Origin: Lytechinus pictus
Lineage: Eukaryota
Length of the DNA: 64,000 nt
NCBI RefSeq assembly: GCF_037042905.1
Contig: NC_087262.1
Location: 13,516,001 to 13,580,000, forward strand
Direction: 5' to 3'
The position numbers and the translations under genes were made by a program. Each line of letters begins with the position of its first letter. The stretch's first letter is position 1. The notes beneath the pieces are model-generated. The model searched no databases. It saw nothing but the letters and a program-made list of their open reading frames with translations, and was not told where the DNA came from. Below are positions 1 through 14,121 of this stretch, one piece after another.

Positions 1-535
1 CAAACTAGCGTAGTGCTGAAAATTTCATCAAAATTGGATATAGAATTTAAAGAAAGTTATGGCATTTTAAACTTTCGCTTATTTTTCACAACTCAGTGAC
101 ATGCAAATGAGTCAGTCGATGATGTCCATCACTCACTATTTCTTTTTTTTTTCATTGTTTGAATTGTACAATATTTCATTTTTTACAGATTTGACAAAAA
201 GGACTTGACTAAACCATATAGTAATTAACAATGCTAATTCCACATGTTCAGGGAGGAATTAATCGTCGTTTCACTTGACAATGTAGAGCAAATAAGAATA
301 TTTCATATTTCATAAAACACAAAAGAAATAGTGAGTGGATGACGTCATCAGTCTACTCATTAGCATGCCATCCAGGATGTGCATATAATTGTTATGTGAC
401 ATTTGAGCGAAACTTTAAAATGTCATAACTTTCTTTTTTTACATCCGATTTTGATGAATTTTTTAGTGTTATGTTTGTTGGATTTGTCTCTTTTTATTCA
501 AATCAACTCTTTGTTGGGGTGCACTTGTCCTTTAA
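1..535 (+). mobile_element. Kolobok-like TTAA MITE, family A, copy 1 (left end outside the window)
   Basis: Ends GGGGTGCACTTGTCCT-TTAA; long internal inverted repeats; alignable with three other copies. TTAA plus an AGG terminus fits Kolobok better than piggyBac. Confidence 0.8.
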
Positions 536-2706
536 GTCGCTCTTAACTTACCAGCAGCTTTATGAACACCTACCCGAAGCTGTTTAGAGAGCTCTTCGAA
601 AGATAACTGGATTCTAGACCTCACTGTTTTATTTTGTTCAGAAGATTTCCTAAAATAAGGAATCTTGATAATGTTGTATAATGTAACTTCCATCTATGCA
701 ATTTTGAATAGATTGAGATCGCCGTTCAATATATAACTGGCCAATTTATTATGGCGATTGAAAATAATACTACTAATAATAATAATAATAGTACTAATAA
801 AATTAAATGATTATAATAATAATGATAAAATAAAATAAAATAAATAAATAAATAATAAGTAAATTAAAAAAGGGAAAAAATAAAATATTTTATCCAAGTA
901 GATACATAATTTAGATTGTGCATGGGTTATCGGGCAGATTATGAGATAAGTGTATCACAAAGCTGTTCAGTGGCAATCATAATAATTACACACGTAAGGA
1001 AGTATGATGTTGACTATTAAAGGATATGACACCATCATTGTAATAGACGGTGCCAGGGATCTAATCTTACTATTCACCCTCTTTGACGTAATCATACGTT
1101 GAAAAAAGCACTATCATGCAGTTCAGTTCCATACCATGAAATAGCGTATGATAATAATTCACATGCTGGATGCTTAAAGTGGACAACTTACTTCCATTTC
1201 TGAGGGGGAAGGGCCCCCGCTTTCAAATGCACCGTGAAATTTTATGAGGCAGTCGTATATCGCTAGCTGGCAGGCATAAGTGCGTGATTAATGTTAACCA
1301 ATCGTGCTTAAAGTTGCGTTCAGACGTGTGCTTGGAGAGGGGCAGCGGGGCGGGGGGGGCAATGAAACACCATTAAGACTTCGTCTTGGGGATCTTCGGA
1401 TCATAAGAGAAAGTGCATTAGACAATGGTAATCAGTAGTGTTGAATTAGGATCAACTTAATGAAGGAAAGTACTTTTAAATGTCAATTCTACTATTTGAT
1501 TTGTTTTCACTTGGTGACTGCCAAATCCTTTTATTGGTTTAAGATATCTAAAACTTGTACTAATAAGGCAAATAATGTAGCACATGAAACGGTGCAATCC
1601 GTTTTAATAGACTTGCACCATTAATTATGTGGCACATGTAGCAAGAGGGATAAAAACATCATATTTATGATTTGCCCCTCCTCCAATAAATTATAAAAGC
1701 CATGTAGGCGACCGTGACGATTTAGATCTCTGATTCGCTAGAAATGACCGAGAATGCCCGAGAGACAAATGTATGTTCTTCGGGATGAACAATATCACTG
1801 TCTGCCTAAGGGTAATATAGTAAGACAAAATACAAAATGTACTATGTCTTTTTATGTCCATCCTCTTCTACCTGTATTTTGCAACTGAAAACCTATACTG
1901 TGATACTGTTACAATGATTTAAGTTTCTATATACTTAAAAGGTTTTCCCGCTTTAAAATGACATTCATTGTCCTACTGGACTCTCAACCATCCCTTCCTC
2001 GGTCAGGAAAAAGAAATTGTCGCCATGCTTTCAGCCACTATCAAAACAGACGGTGCAAACTTGCATGGCATACATTTATTGTGAAACATTGGTCGAAAAG
2101 CGGAGAGTAACGGTTCAGAGCATTTCTCGCGCTTCCGATCCATGAATGTCACCATGAATGGATTGAAAACATTTAATGATCGACTTGATTTATTGTTTGC
2201 CGGATATAATTTTCCAAATGGACTTCCTTTAAAATTCGGCAACACGAAAAGCAAATTGAAATAGGAAGATGAAATCATGATTTTTTTTTGTGTCGTGATT
2301 TTTTTCTTTTTTGCCATGAGTACATTAACGAGAATGATTGCAATTTGACATGACAAAACAACACAGTGAGTTTCTAAATTAAATCAATAAATTAATTTGA
2401 AGGTGTTTTTGGATGAGTGGAAAGATCCAAGGACTTCTAATTACTAGATCAATGGTACATTCAACAATTCAACGATTTAACAGGTTAACAATTTAAATGT
2501 AGAGAATTGTCTACCTTCAAATGCAGGCAGTGTTTTACATAAAGTTGTTGCTAAATGAGCTATGATTTTAATTGAATATGTTGAATCGTCATCCTCACAA
2601 TTGAAGGGCTTTTTACCTTCCCTTATATATAAAAACAAAATTCCGATTTATCGACAAATTTTAGTTTGATTCGTTTGATTTAATCAATCCGTCGTTTATA
2701 TATCTA

Positions 2707-3694
2707 CAGTGCGTATCAAAAAAAGTTTACACTTTGAAAAAGCCCTGGGAATTCAAAAATATACAACATGTGGGTACATTTTTCACATATAATCTTGGGT
2801 TTGGGTCTCATCTATCCAATGAAAGTAAAAGTTTTGACAGAATGTTACACTTGAGTGAGCACTGTCCATTTTTGTAAAGCTCGCAGAAATCTGTTTGCGC
2901 AGAAATGCTCGTTTTCACGCTGTGTCAAGGGGAAAAGGCGAAATCAAACTTACCCTGCGAAACATTTCTCGTACGTTTCCCTTGCACTTTTAGACAATGG
3001 AAATAAAACGGATACATTCAAGCATTTTGCAACAATTTTGCCACCAAAATTGAAATTTCAACATTTAGTAAGCACAACCTTTACCCATTTTTGTGCGAGC
3101 TGGATCTAAGGAAATTACTGAATCTGAACAAAAGTTTATATTAGACATTTCCAGCATTTTTTCACTGAGCTTTATCATTTAAAGTGGGTTTACATTTCAT
3201 TTTTCATTAAATACTTGTTTCTCCACACTTTTCCCAAGCTTGACAATGATTAACAAAACCAAAATCAAGCCTAAGCCATTTCATGTAAATCACAGCTCAG
3301 TGTAAAGCAAATATCGTCTCGATGGCCTCTGTGTGTGGGGGAGTAGGGTGGGGCACAATGCACTCTTCGAAGTTTTTTGGGCAAGGAAACAAGTTCAAAA
3401 AGGTAAAAGATATCTTCAAATCAATTTTACTATCTAAATTCCACGTTTTCTTCATGATTAAGGTCTTCTTTTATTTGCATAACTATTTCAAAGTTCAGCG
3501 CAAATAATTTTTTCACTAAATTTTCAAAAGTAAGTGGTGCTTACTCAAGCGGAAATATGTTTCGACAGTTATATGGTCATTTGCTTAAATGGATCTGTAC
3601 CAATGTGAAAATGTGGAACAATCTTCAGGATATTACAAATGTATAATTTCACAGGATTTTTTCAAAGTGTAAACTTTTTTTTTGATACGCACTG
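2707..3694. mobile_element. Non-autonomous Tc1/mariner-like element (988 bp)
   Basis: About 40-bp TIRs CAGTGCGTATCAAAAAAAGTTTACACTTTGAAAAA / TTTTTCAAAGTGTAAACTTTTTTTTTGATACGCACTG, flanked by TA on both sides; no transposase. Confidence 0.85.
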
Positions 3695-3880
3695 TATATC
3701 ACTGATTGCTAGTGAACGCCGTTCATCGTCAATGCTGGGGTCAATGCTTATTCAATAATTGATAAAAATATGAAATAAATTTATCTTAATAATCAACCTT
3801 GTACTTTCATCCCCTTGTATATAGGCAATCACTTTAGAGAAACTAATATAAAAAAATAACGCGGTAAACCGCATTGTAAT

Positions 3881-4034
3881 CAGGGACCCCAATGCAGGGA
3901 GAGTTACAATCAAACGCAAACCTAACAAATTAATCGCAACTTGATTTCCAACCAATCACAGGCCCATACCATGAACTTGCACCTTTTCTTTTTTAAGTTG
4001 TGATTGATTGCAACTTTATCTACAACGGCCCTAG
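3881..4034. mobile_element. Degenerate Harbinger-like MITE (CAATCAAACGCAA family)
   Basis: Imperfect inverted ends; relative at ~59175-59300 (GGGGCCCGTTGCA...CAATCAAACGC). Confidence 0.45.
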
Positions 4035-4042
4035 AACTAACC

Positions 4043-4238
4043 GGTGACACGACGTTTGCGACAATATTGATCCGGGTTTTATTTTGTCTGAGATGTAGGA
4101 TTTGAGTTGTAAGAGGGTTTGATGTTAGGTTTAGGTTAGGGTTTCGTGTTATATCCAGGGTTGAAGTTTCGTCATTCCATTATTATGTGGAAATTATAAA
4201 GGAGCATTGATTGTCGCCGGAGCAAATGTCATGAAACC
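4043..4238. mobile_element. Small TIR element with degenerate TTAGG(G) core
   Basis: Ends GGTGACACGACGTTTG / ATTGTCGCCGGAGCAAATGTCATGAAACC; reversed relative at 25115-25276 (CATGACATTTGTCCGGCGACAAT...CCCTAATCCTAA). Confidence 0.6.
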
Positions 4239-7200
4239 AAGTAAACTGTACATCCACCCTCGTAGCCGACAGCACCAACAATATGAACAACAACAACAAC
4301 CACTACAATATAAGTGTTGTGTCTCATCACAGAAACCTATAGTACACATCCACCCCTTTCCTTTGATTTTTTTTTATTGCGTGGTCATTTATGGCATACC
4401 CCCCCCCCCCCCGCTCTCTCATTCATACACACACACTCACTCTATGTCCATCTGCCTTTCCATCTATCATGGTATCGTTCACTTTAAGCCCTAATATATT
4501 GCCTTATTTTAATGTTTTCTCTTAATGAACTAATTTTTTGGGGGGAGGCGATTTCACATCTGATATTACAATGCAATTAAAAATAACCTATGACTTTAAT
4601 AATCATATTATACGATGCCTGTAAAGTAGGAATATTACAAATTTGTTCTTAGCTGCAATGTGCTTTTGAATGGATATACCATTCTCATTACAACTTGCGC
4701 TTAAATTGAACAACAACCTATTCCACAGGGCATGACGAACGACAATCATGTCTTGCAATTTACCCACATTTAGCATGTTTAGGCGCAGTTGCGGATACAG
4801 GTAGGGCACGTCCCCCCCCCCCCCTCTTTAATTGAGAGCCATAACTTTTTTTCAGGGAATATGTCGTGCATGCGTATCGAAGACCTTCTTGTTCTTCTTT
4901 TTTTTGCTCGTCGAAGTGAGAGTGTAGACTTTTTTTTTGGGGGGGGGGGGTGGGGGTCGGCCTGTCAAACTTTCCTGAAATAAATAACCATTATCTGGGA
5001 GTGAAGACCGTTTGATGGAGCTTGTTACTTCAGTACAAAAATACCCCCCCCCCCCTTGGAAAATTCTGGATCAGCCTATCTTTTAGATCATCTTCAAAAG
5101 CATGTCGGTTCACCATCACAGCTAATACAAGGAAATCGATCTGCGGTTGATTTCCGCTTTACTGAGAGAATTGCCTGTGAATTTGTATTTTTATCCTTTT
5201 CATCATTTTATGATCGAATATCGGCAGTGAATTATAAAAGTATTGCCCGTCCAGCCGTAGTTCAAAATATAATTTACATATTAGAACCTGCTTCACGTGC
5301 GTAAGCACGTGGCAGATTTCAGGGGAAAAAGGTTATTGGCTGTAATTTTGACTGGCAACCTTACATTTAGCCAATCACACGGAAGGATTTTAGTAGCTTG
5401 TAACAGTTATCAGTGAAAATCAGTACCAAATACGATACACGAAACCCACCCTACGTCAGCGTGAGAGTTAATTCCAGCTCATTGTGGCCTAGATTCAATG
5501 TCAATTTACAATAGTTTTTTTTCTTCAAAACTTTCTTGGGTAAAACAAAAAGGACATGGGTAATTTGACAGCGTTGTTGATTTAAAATATACCAAATTTT
5601 GTATAAAATGTCCCAAAATGAAGTCAGTAAAGTGCTTCCAATGTATGAAGTCTACATAATGATGTTTCACATCTACCCATTGTTATGCACGCTCTACCTA
5701 ATGTTGTGTAAAATCAATTATAATTATGGTTTCGTTCGTAAAGAGTAAGCAATAAAACGCGTACTCAGCTCATGTACTGCCCTTACACACTGTAAAAAAA
5801 ATCGTAATTTGAATGATTCCAGTGAAAAATAAGGCTAATGATAAAACCAAACTAGAACATGATTAGAATCACGAACGCTAATCACAGTCACATTACAATT
5901 GCAATCATTATAACAACGATGATTCAAGATTCACGTGTGGAAAGACCCAAAGTTAGAAATTTACCTAACTGCATGACGCACATGTTCCCTTTTTTTCTCG
6001 TAAATCATCACTCAAATTTTTTTCTTGCGCGAGTATTTTTCACCACGTCGTCTAGCACGTTTTTGTTGCACTCGTCCTTCACTCGTACTTCTCAGACAGT
6101 CAGATCTTAGGTGGAATTCCATTCTTCGTGAGGCACATGGGGACACGTCTTTTCTGCTTGAAATGTACTATATAACATCTTATTATAATAAAAATAACTT
6201 TAGTCAAATGGCGCATTGCCAAGAAAATGCCAGTGGGTATCAATGAAGTGTTTACATAATCACGTGGGCTCTCACATTTATGTTTATGATGGTTGGCTGG
6301 CTGTTATTCCAACATTCAAATCTTGTTTTAAAAAGTCATCGTTTTATATTTTTTCATCATGTTCAATGAAGTGAATTGGTAACGGGGGGAGACATCCCCT
6401 AAATGGGAGCTCAATCTTCCTGTTTTCAATTGAATGTTCATGATTATTCAAAGAGAAAGCAGAGAGAAACATGGTCGGACCTCTCTTTGTACTACTCCTT
6501 CCTTCTTCTTTATTCCCTTTTCTCTCCGTTTTTGTCATATTCCCATTTTTCTTTACTACCTATAACAAAACAAAAACATAAGGCAGTCTCCTTACGAATC
6601 CATCCCCTCCCCCGTGACGCCCGCCCCTGGTGATGGCCAAAGTGTTCAACAAGTTTTGCAACCTGTTGTTGAGATGCACTAATTGTGTAGAATTCAAAAC
6701 TTTGGCAACACGACATCCACTGGCGGGACCCCCCCCCCCCCCCCCCCCACCGGCTCCTTAAATCTTGATTTTGTACTATTAGAGGATGTCTCGTGACATG
6801 CCGTCTCGAGCCCGGGATCAAAATCTCACGAAATCTTCGTGCACCGTTCACCACTTGTTAGCATAGCATGAACAAGACAACATGTTCATTCTCTTTGTAC
6901 GGAGCTACAAAATCAGCAGAAGTGGAGGCTATAACACAACTTAATTGCTTTTGCTGACAAATGCATTGTACTAATTTGCATCCCTCCGCCCACTTCTCAA
7001 AGATTAGCTGGAAAATCTTTGGTTGATGTTACCCAATTTCATTTTGTTTTCTGACATATTCGAGCGAAAATGAAAAAAAAAATTCAAAGTACCACTTAGT
7101 TATCTTCATTTCCCAGCACGAAAACATACATTATATTTTTGAATGATTTTATCAAATTTCCCTTTGTTTTCTTACCTAAGTGAACGGAAATGAAAAAAGG

Positions 7201-9192
7201 GTATTTTTATAAGTACCACGTAGGTATCTTCATTCCCCAACACGAAAACATACAGTACATTTTAGTGTATCTCCATTTGCTCAAACTACTTTGGACATGG
7301 AATGAACAACCACATTCACGCAGTCGTCACCTGTTCTTTATTCCAAATAGTCTCAAGCAACATTTTTTTTTACAATTAAGCCGCTATCCCTGCACAGACT
7401 GTAAGCCATCTTATAGACACTGTGAGGGACCTCATTAGCTCACTGTTGTATCTTCCAAGAACCGGTGGTTTTGATTGTTAATTATTATTTTTTTGGTTAG
7501 ATTCATTATTATGAAATAGCACCGAGGTGGTGCTGGTTCATAGATTTTGATTATTTTCATAACTTAAAATAAATATTCATAGACCAATATTTTGATGGAA
7601 AAATGCATTAATGGTAAAATTATCTGGGGCGTAGGTTTCCTGTACAGAGCGTCCGAATGACTTCAGCCGATGGAGGTATGTATAGTGAAGCAAGACGTAG
7701 TCTCGTGGAACAACCGTAAAAACGGAGTCTGAAGCTTTTGGTCTAGTCTGCCCTCCCCCTGTTCCCAATGAATATCCGTGGCGGAAAGATGATGTTTCAC
7801 CAGTAGGGTCATGAGGTACATGTAATCCTTTAATTAAATGAGTTTTTACGCCACGGGCGAAGCCGATTATCCCAAGATTTGATATTTTGAAAATAATTAA
7901 TTATATTGTCATACAGTTGTCCCGTGTGTGTGTGTGTAAATAATGAAATCAGCAATAGACGAATTAAATGATTACATTTAAGAGAGAAAATTCAATTTTC
8001 ATTATTCTTTTTTGTGACATAATGGAATGCAGTATTTCAAATATCTGAATATCACACAAAATGAAATTAGTCTAATTTCTTCAAAATATTTATTTTAACT
8101 TGTGTTTCAAATACGAAAACCGGTACTAATTGTTGTTAGTCATTTAGAATTGACATAAATGTAAATCCATCACGTGCCGAAACGCATGTCTTATAAAATA
8201 TCGGGTTAATCCATTAGCATTATTAGCATGACAAGCATAATTAAGTAGTAATTGTTTATTATTTTTTTCGAATTCCTTCTTTCAATAGCCTCTCCTTTAA
8301 AAAATAACTCTTGACGCTGACTGGGGAATCGCATACTTACTGACCACTCTCCTTCATTAACGTGATAATGCTTATCTCGCACGTGTCTGAACATCGACAT
8401 AATCTTGATTCTAAAAAAGGTGAATTTTCCTTTGTCAAAAGTAACAAATCTGCGTCTGAATATTAATTAACAAAGGGATAAATTGGTTTTATCGAAATAG
8501 ACAAATCTGCTTCTTGCTGGAATAGAGGTGAACTACATACCTTCCAGTTGTAAAATCCAACATAACCTGAAACTATTTTTTTTTAACAAAATCAAAGTTA
8601 TTATTATCTTAAAATGAAAATATTCGGCGTTCACTAAAAAAACGTGACTGGTAGCTTATATGAAAGAAGGATCACTGTTTTGTTAAAAGAAGGAAGAATC
8701 CATAATACTTACGTATCATAAACTTCGAATTGCCTGGATAATATGACTCTGAATTAGTGATGCGTGACTGTTTGAACACTATAATGCATTGTAATTGCGT
8801 AATTTTGTTAGTACCTAAGTATGTTGAATCATTTTCAACTGGCGTTAAGTCCATTTTAGACCCTATTAGATTTTAACATTTCAGTGTATTTTACAAGCTT
8901 AATCTACTTTTACGACATGTACGTGTAACTAGCAATAAACAAATCTGTTCTTTGGCATAATCTGGAGAAAACTATACCGAAAAAGCCATGCAGGGATCGA
9001 GGAATGGCGTATTTCTCTGCATATAACAGGGTAGAAGAAGGAAAATAAACACGTCACCATCCCTGTTATAAATAGGAACCTTTTTGTAACTTTTCCTGTT
9101 TTGCTGGAAGCGTTAGGTATAATTCTTGACCTTAAACCCATTGAATGTTGAGTGCACCAATTAATTAACGTTCTCCCAATAGCCTATCCCAC

Positions 9193-9540
9193 AAGAGAAA
9201 CGAATGAAAGTTGGGGAAGAGGAGAGAGGGGGAGCAAGGGAAAGAAAACAGCCAGAAAGTGAGGGAGGAAGCATGGAAACATGGAAGGAAGGCAGGAAGG
9301 AAGGAAGGAAGGAAGGAAAAAAAGAAAGAAAGAAAGACGAGGAAAGGAATGATAGAAATGAATAAAAGAGAAAGAAAGTGAATGAGAGAGGAGGAAAAGG
9401 GGGAGAGGGGTAAAGAAAGTGAAAAAGGAATTGAGAAAGAAAAGAAGAAAGAAAGAAAAAAAAAGAAAGCAAGAAAGAAAGAAGGGGAAGACAGGTCGAC
9501 AGACACACAGAAGGGAAGGGGAGAGAGGATAAAAAAGCAG
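9193..9540. repeat. Polypurine (GA/GGAA-rich) tract
   Basis: Mostly A/G including (GGAA)n; source of the F/L/S-rich minus-strand ORFs. Confidence 0.9.
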
Positions 9541-12169
9541 TAATTAGGGATGAATGGGTATAGCTGACCATGCAAAAATTCAAAATCAGGAGGTATTTTT
9601 TTTAAGTTTTCGTATATGGCTTCGGGGGTGACACTCGATTCCGCTACCTCTGCAATATGTCAGTGAGAAAGATAGAAAACAAAAAATAAGAGAAATATGG
9701 AGTAGAGAAAGATACAGAGAGAGAGATAGATTAGGAGAGACCTGTGGCATTTTAGATGGGATCTTGTCGTGCGTATTGGCTTTCGCTGGCGCAATTTCGC
9801 ACGTTATCGGATATTCCTCCCGGACGTTGGAGAAAGTGATTGTATTGGACGGGGATTAAAACGGGTAATTGGGCTCGGCAACTTGTAATTGTTTTAAGCA
9901 TCTCACGGCCATCGTGAAAGAAGAAACTTTGGACTTTCTTGTCCGAGGCAATATCGAATATCACCAGACACACTGTTAAAAAATAAGGATTTATTGCCAG
10001 GAAGACGTCGCAAGGTGACCGGCCATTCTGGTATTTATGATGTAAGAAAGACTTCATGTCTGATTTTAACACTTTAAGATTCATTTTATCTGTCGGCCTT
10101 GTCGGTTTAATTTAATTCAAAACATTCCAAATGTCTCTTGAAGTCATATTTCCCTGTAATCATTGCGTTTCCATAGCGTCTGTTTGTAATGAAGTGGCTA
10201 TTTAGGCTTTTAGTTTCAGTGATATCCATATCATCATAACAACATTTGCTAATGCGATCATTATTTCGAATATCGATCAAAAAATGAGTAACGCATGGTA
10301 TTTTATTGCACAGTATATCTTAAAAATATCACATCCAGAAAGAAAAATTGGGCGATAGCTGACGGGGCGGTAAACTCACTATTATTGAGTGAGCTGGATT
10401 CGAAACTCCATGCAGTATACGCTGCAGCCATTTTTGTATGGTATTTATTCTCATTAACAGGTCCCTCGAAGAGAAACTCGATATGTAGGTCCTCTAGCAG
10501 GCATTCATGGTGTCTTAGCAGTCAAGGATTAATTACCACCGTATAAGTAGAATAATGATAACGTACTTTGCATTGAAAAAAAAGGAATAAGCCGTGAGTT
10601 CTGCCACATAATTTTTATTAGCGTTACTCAACACATCAATCGACGCATTGTATGTATACTGAATATGCTGAAGAAGATAGAGATTGTTTATTACATAATA
10701 ATTCTTTTTTTAATTTGCTAGGTGATGCACGCTTTATAAACAGTGCTTCTCTGTGGATCCCCTCATTTCCATACACTTTTGATATTATTTTGTACAGGCT
10801 TTTGTTATCATATTTTATATTCTAATGTACAATTCTTCCTGATCCGTACGTGATTTGTAATTATATTGGATTTGAATTCGTATTTAATTCATATTGGTGA
10901 TGGAATTTAATATAATAATCTGGAATTGTAAAAATTGATAGAAAAGGCAAATTATGGCGCAGAGAAGAGTATTATACTCGGTCTCTCTCTGTGGTTTAGT
11001 AAAGGGACACTTGAAAGTTGACACGGGTTTGCAAAGAAATCCTCCTGGATATATTCCAAAGCAGGCATGATCCGACCTGATACACGGCTTAGTGGATGGC
11101 GAAGATAATGATAAAAGAAAGAAAGGTTATGAGGAGCGCTGAGTTTCAACCCTGCTCGCCATGGCATCTTAGAAGAGTTAGAGCGGGTATAATGCTTTGG
11201 GCTTTTGATGTAGGCATCATCAGTCCTTCATGTATGTAGCTAGCTCGGAGCGAGGCAAAGGCAGGTTCCAACTGCTTTTGATTATACAATGAACTATACA
11301 CTTTCAAACATTGTGAGAACTTGGGAGTTAAATTTGACGCCATTTCATGTCCCTGGAGGACCACATCATAAGATGTTGTAAATACATTCGATTGATAGAT
11401 GGTTACAACAAAGAGTGTTAAAGTAAGAACCAAAGGTGTTGTAATTACACAACAATTTAACACCGGATTAAAATGACTTAAGTGGTATATTACTTATGTA
11501 CACTGAATTAAATGTAAAAATAAAGAGCTAAAAAGAGAACATCAGGAGCGCGCGTGGTGGGGTTGTAGGGCTACTTCCGGTGCCTGATAAGCACGTCCGT
11601 GCGACATTGAGCAGTTGAGTGTGCCATTTTAAACATCCTAAGTGCTGAGGAAAGGGAATTCATCCCAAGAGCTTCCTATAATGCAGAATTTTTTATGAGT
11701 GTAAAATTATATAATCCGTTTGGATGTTAAAATACCTTCAAAGTCATTTTGACTCTGTTTATTCAAACTGTAGACATTTTGTGTACCACTCAATAATATT
11801 TGTTTGCCATTGTCGTGGCATTTATAAGATTCAATGAAGTCAAATTCACAATATTCTATAATATTTTTAGTCTTCCAATTTAACGTCTCAATTTTTGAAA
11901 ACTTTTTGCAGCAGGATGTACCAATAATTTTATAGATGAGTTGACAACTGGCACTCCATAAAAGTTTGGTCTAATTTAACCCAGATTAAACTTAACAATG
12001 GCTATCAGAGCTTTACCCATTGAAGATCATTCGTCCATTAAAACACTAGTCACTTTTTAATTATGTTTAAACAGTCCAGGTGAGTTTTTTTGCTACTCTC
12101 TGAATATTTATTTCTTCAATCACTGATTGCGTGTAACACTTTCAATCACACTGAATGTCATCCGATTGA

Positions 12170-12766
12170 TTGAAGGACAAGTCCACATAAATAAAAAGTT
12201 GGTGTGAATAAAAAAGGAAAAATCAAACTAGAATAACACTGAAAATTTCATCAAAATCGGATGTAAAATAAGAAAGTGATGACATTTTTTAATTTTTGCT
12301 TAACTTCACGTAAGAGTGGGATGCAAATGAGGGAAATTGTGACATCATCCACTCACTATTTTTTTTTTGTATTTCATTACATGAAATATGAAATATTATA
12401 ACTTTCACCTCGTTGTCATATGAAACAACGTTTTATTCCTCCCTAAACATGTGTAATTATCATTGATTTAACATTTAGTGGTTTTAACAAGAGGGTCCTC
12501 TATTGTCCAATCTGTAAAAATTGAAGTATTGTATAATTCAAACAAGAAGAAACAAAAGAAATAGTGAGTGAGGTACATTAGCGACTCTCCCATTTGCATA
12601 TCTCTGAGTTGTGCATAATATCTGTCTTGTGAAAATAATACTTTAAAATGTCATAACTTTCAATCTTATTTTACATCCGATTTTGATGAATTTTTCAGAG
12701 TTAGTCTTGTTTGATTTCTCTCTTTTTCTACAAATCAACTTTTTCTGGGGTGGACTTGACCTTTAA
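12170..12766 (-). mobile_element. Kolobok-like TTAA MITE, family A, copy 2
   Basis: ttgaAGGACAAGTCCAC...GTGGACTTGACCTttaa; about 600 bp; core reversed relative to copy 1. Confidence 0.8.
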
Positions 12767-13968
12767 GATTCATAACATGATAATCATAACAATCATTTCG
12801 AATTGCGATTATAACCCATTTAGGCAGTTAAGATGGGTGAGTCATACATTTTCTTTCAGAGTGACATTTTTATCTGAAAAGAGGGAGCTTGCTATATATT
12901 GCAGATGCCATATTTATTTTTTAGAATCCTGGATTTTGATAAGTGTTGCATCCTTTATTGTTCATGAAGGATAAAAAAAACACCATAAAGAAAAATAATC
13001 GTGCAGGCACCTTAAAGATTAGTGTGAATAAACGTTATAATTCAGTTCATCCTCTGGTGAGATGTAATCGTAGCGCATGCAGTATTAGGAATAAATTCGA
13101 GATGGTATTTCCGGTCAATTTATTATTTTTTGTTTTAAAGCACTATAATGATTTTCGGGTGCTAATTTTCTGGGCTTAATTTTTCTCATCATACCACAGG
13201 CATAGGCTTAAAATGGGAGCTTGTAGTATAAATCTTAAAAGTCAAATCAATGTTAATCAATGCCTTTGATGGTGTTAAAAGTAGCAAATACAAAGATGTA
13301 CTGAAACATTACTTGAGTTTTACTCTCAACATGGCCGAAGTTTGCATAATTATATGCAATTTGCTGAGTGTCCACTTCCTTTGTTTTCTATTGTCTACTA
13401 ACACATTATGAAGTATTTAATACGTGGAATGTAATGTACTTCATGTACATCAATCATTAAAAGGTTGCAGTGGTAACCATGGACAACGGAAGAAGCTTTT
13501 ATGAAAATTGCTATAATTCAGATGAATATTTTATTAGCAAATAGGATACATCAATCAGAAATTCGCTCCCAACCATAAGGAATCAGAATTGTACTCTTGT
13601 ATTGTCATGTTGTCTTTAAAGCGTTAAGTCAGTTTAAAATATATGAAATTAGTTAATTAATTTCGTTATTTTTTTCATGCCGTTAAATCTTAGCATCCCT
13701 AAACATTTTCTATGATTATTGTTTCTGACATGTTTGAGATGGATCTTTCCAAAGAGATTCGATATCAGGGGCGGCGCAAGGGTATTTTGACGATTGGGTA
13801 TAGACGACCTAATGGCAACGTCATTTTCGTCAGTTGAAAAATGAGTGTGTAGAGTTGCGCGACTCGGACGTTTGTTTTAATCCTGTACTCTCTTCTTTCT
13901 CCCATTTTCTTTCACCTTTTATTCTTATTTTTCGTCTCTTCGCACTTTTCCCTCTATGCTATACAAAA

Positions 13969-14121
13969 CAGGGGCCGCGGAACGGTTTTCAAAGTGGGGG
14001 GGCTGGCCATGCAAAAAATCACAATCCTATGGTCATTTTTACGTTTTTGTACACGGTTTTGGAAAAAAGTGGAGGGCAGAAGCCCCCCCCCCCCCCCCCC
14101 CCCCCGCTTCCGCGGCCCCTG
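13969..14121 (+). mobile_element. GC-rich short TIR element (CAGGGGCCGCGGAA family, hAT-like termini)
   Basis: Perfect 14-bp TIR CAGGGGCCGCGGAA / TTCCGCGGCCCCTG; CAAAA on both flanks; internal poly-G and poly-C. Confidence 0.75.

Noticed and set aside
2855-3507. ORFs inside the Tc1-like element as transposase
   Set aside because: No paired-like HTH or DD34E motifs visible; element appears non-coding.
9161-9583. Hydrophobic F/L/S-rich ORFs resembling membrane proteins
   Set aside because: Produced by the polypurine tract; the same applies to 25723-26259, 38616-39053 and 56132-56528.
9752-11463. 110-aa and 105-aa minus-strand ORFs as an upstream gene
   Set aside because: No recognisable homology and no consistent exon chain; kept only as possible non-coding exon or decayed sequence.
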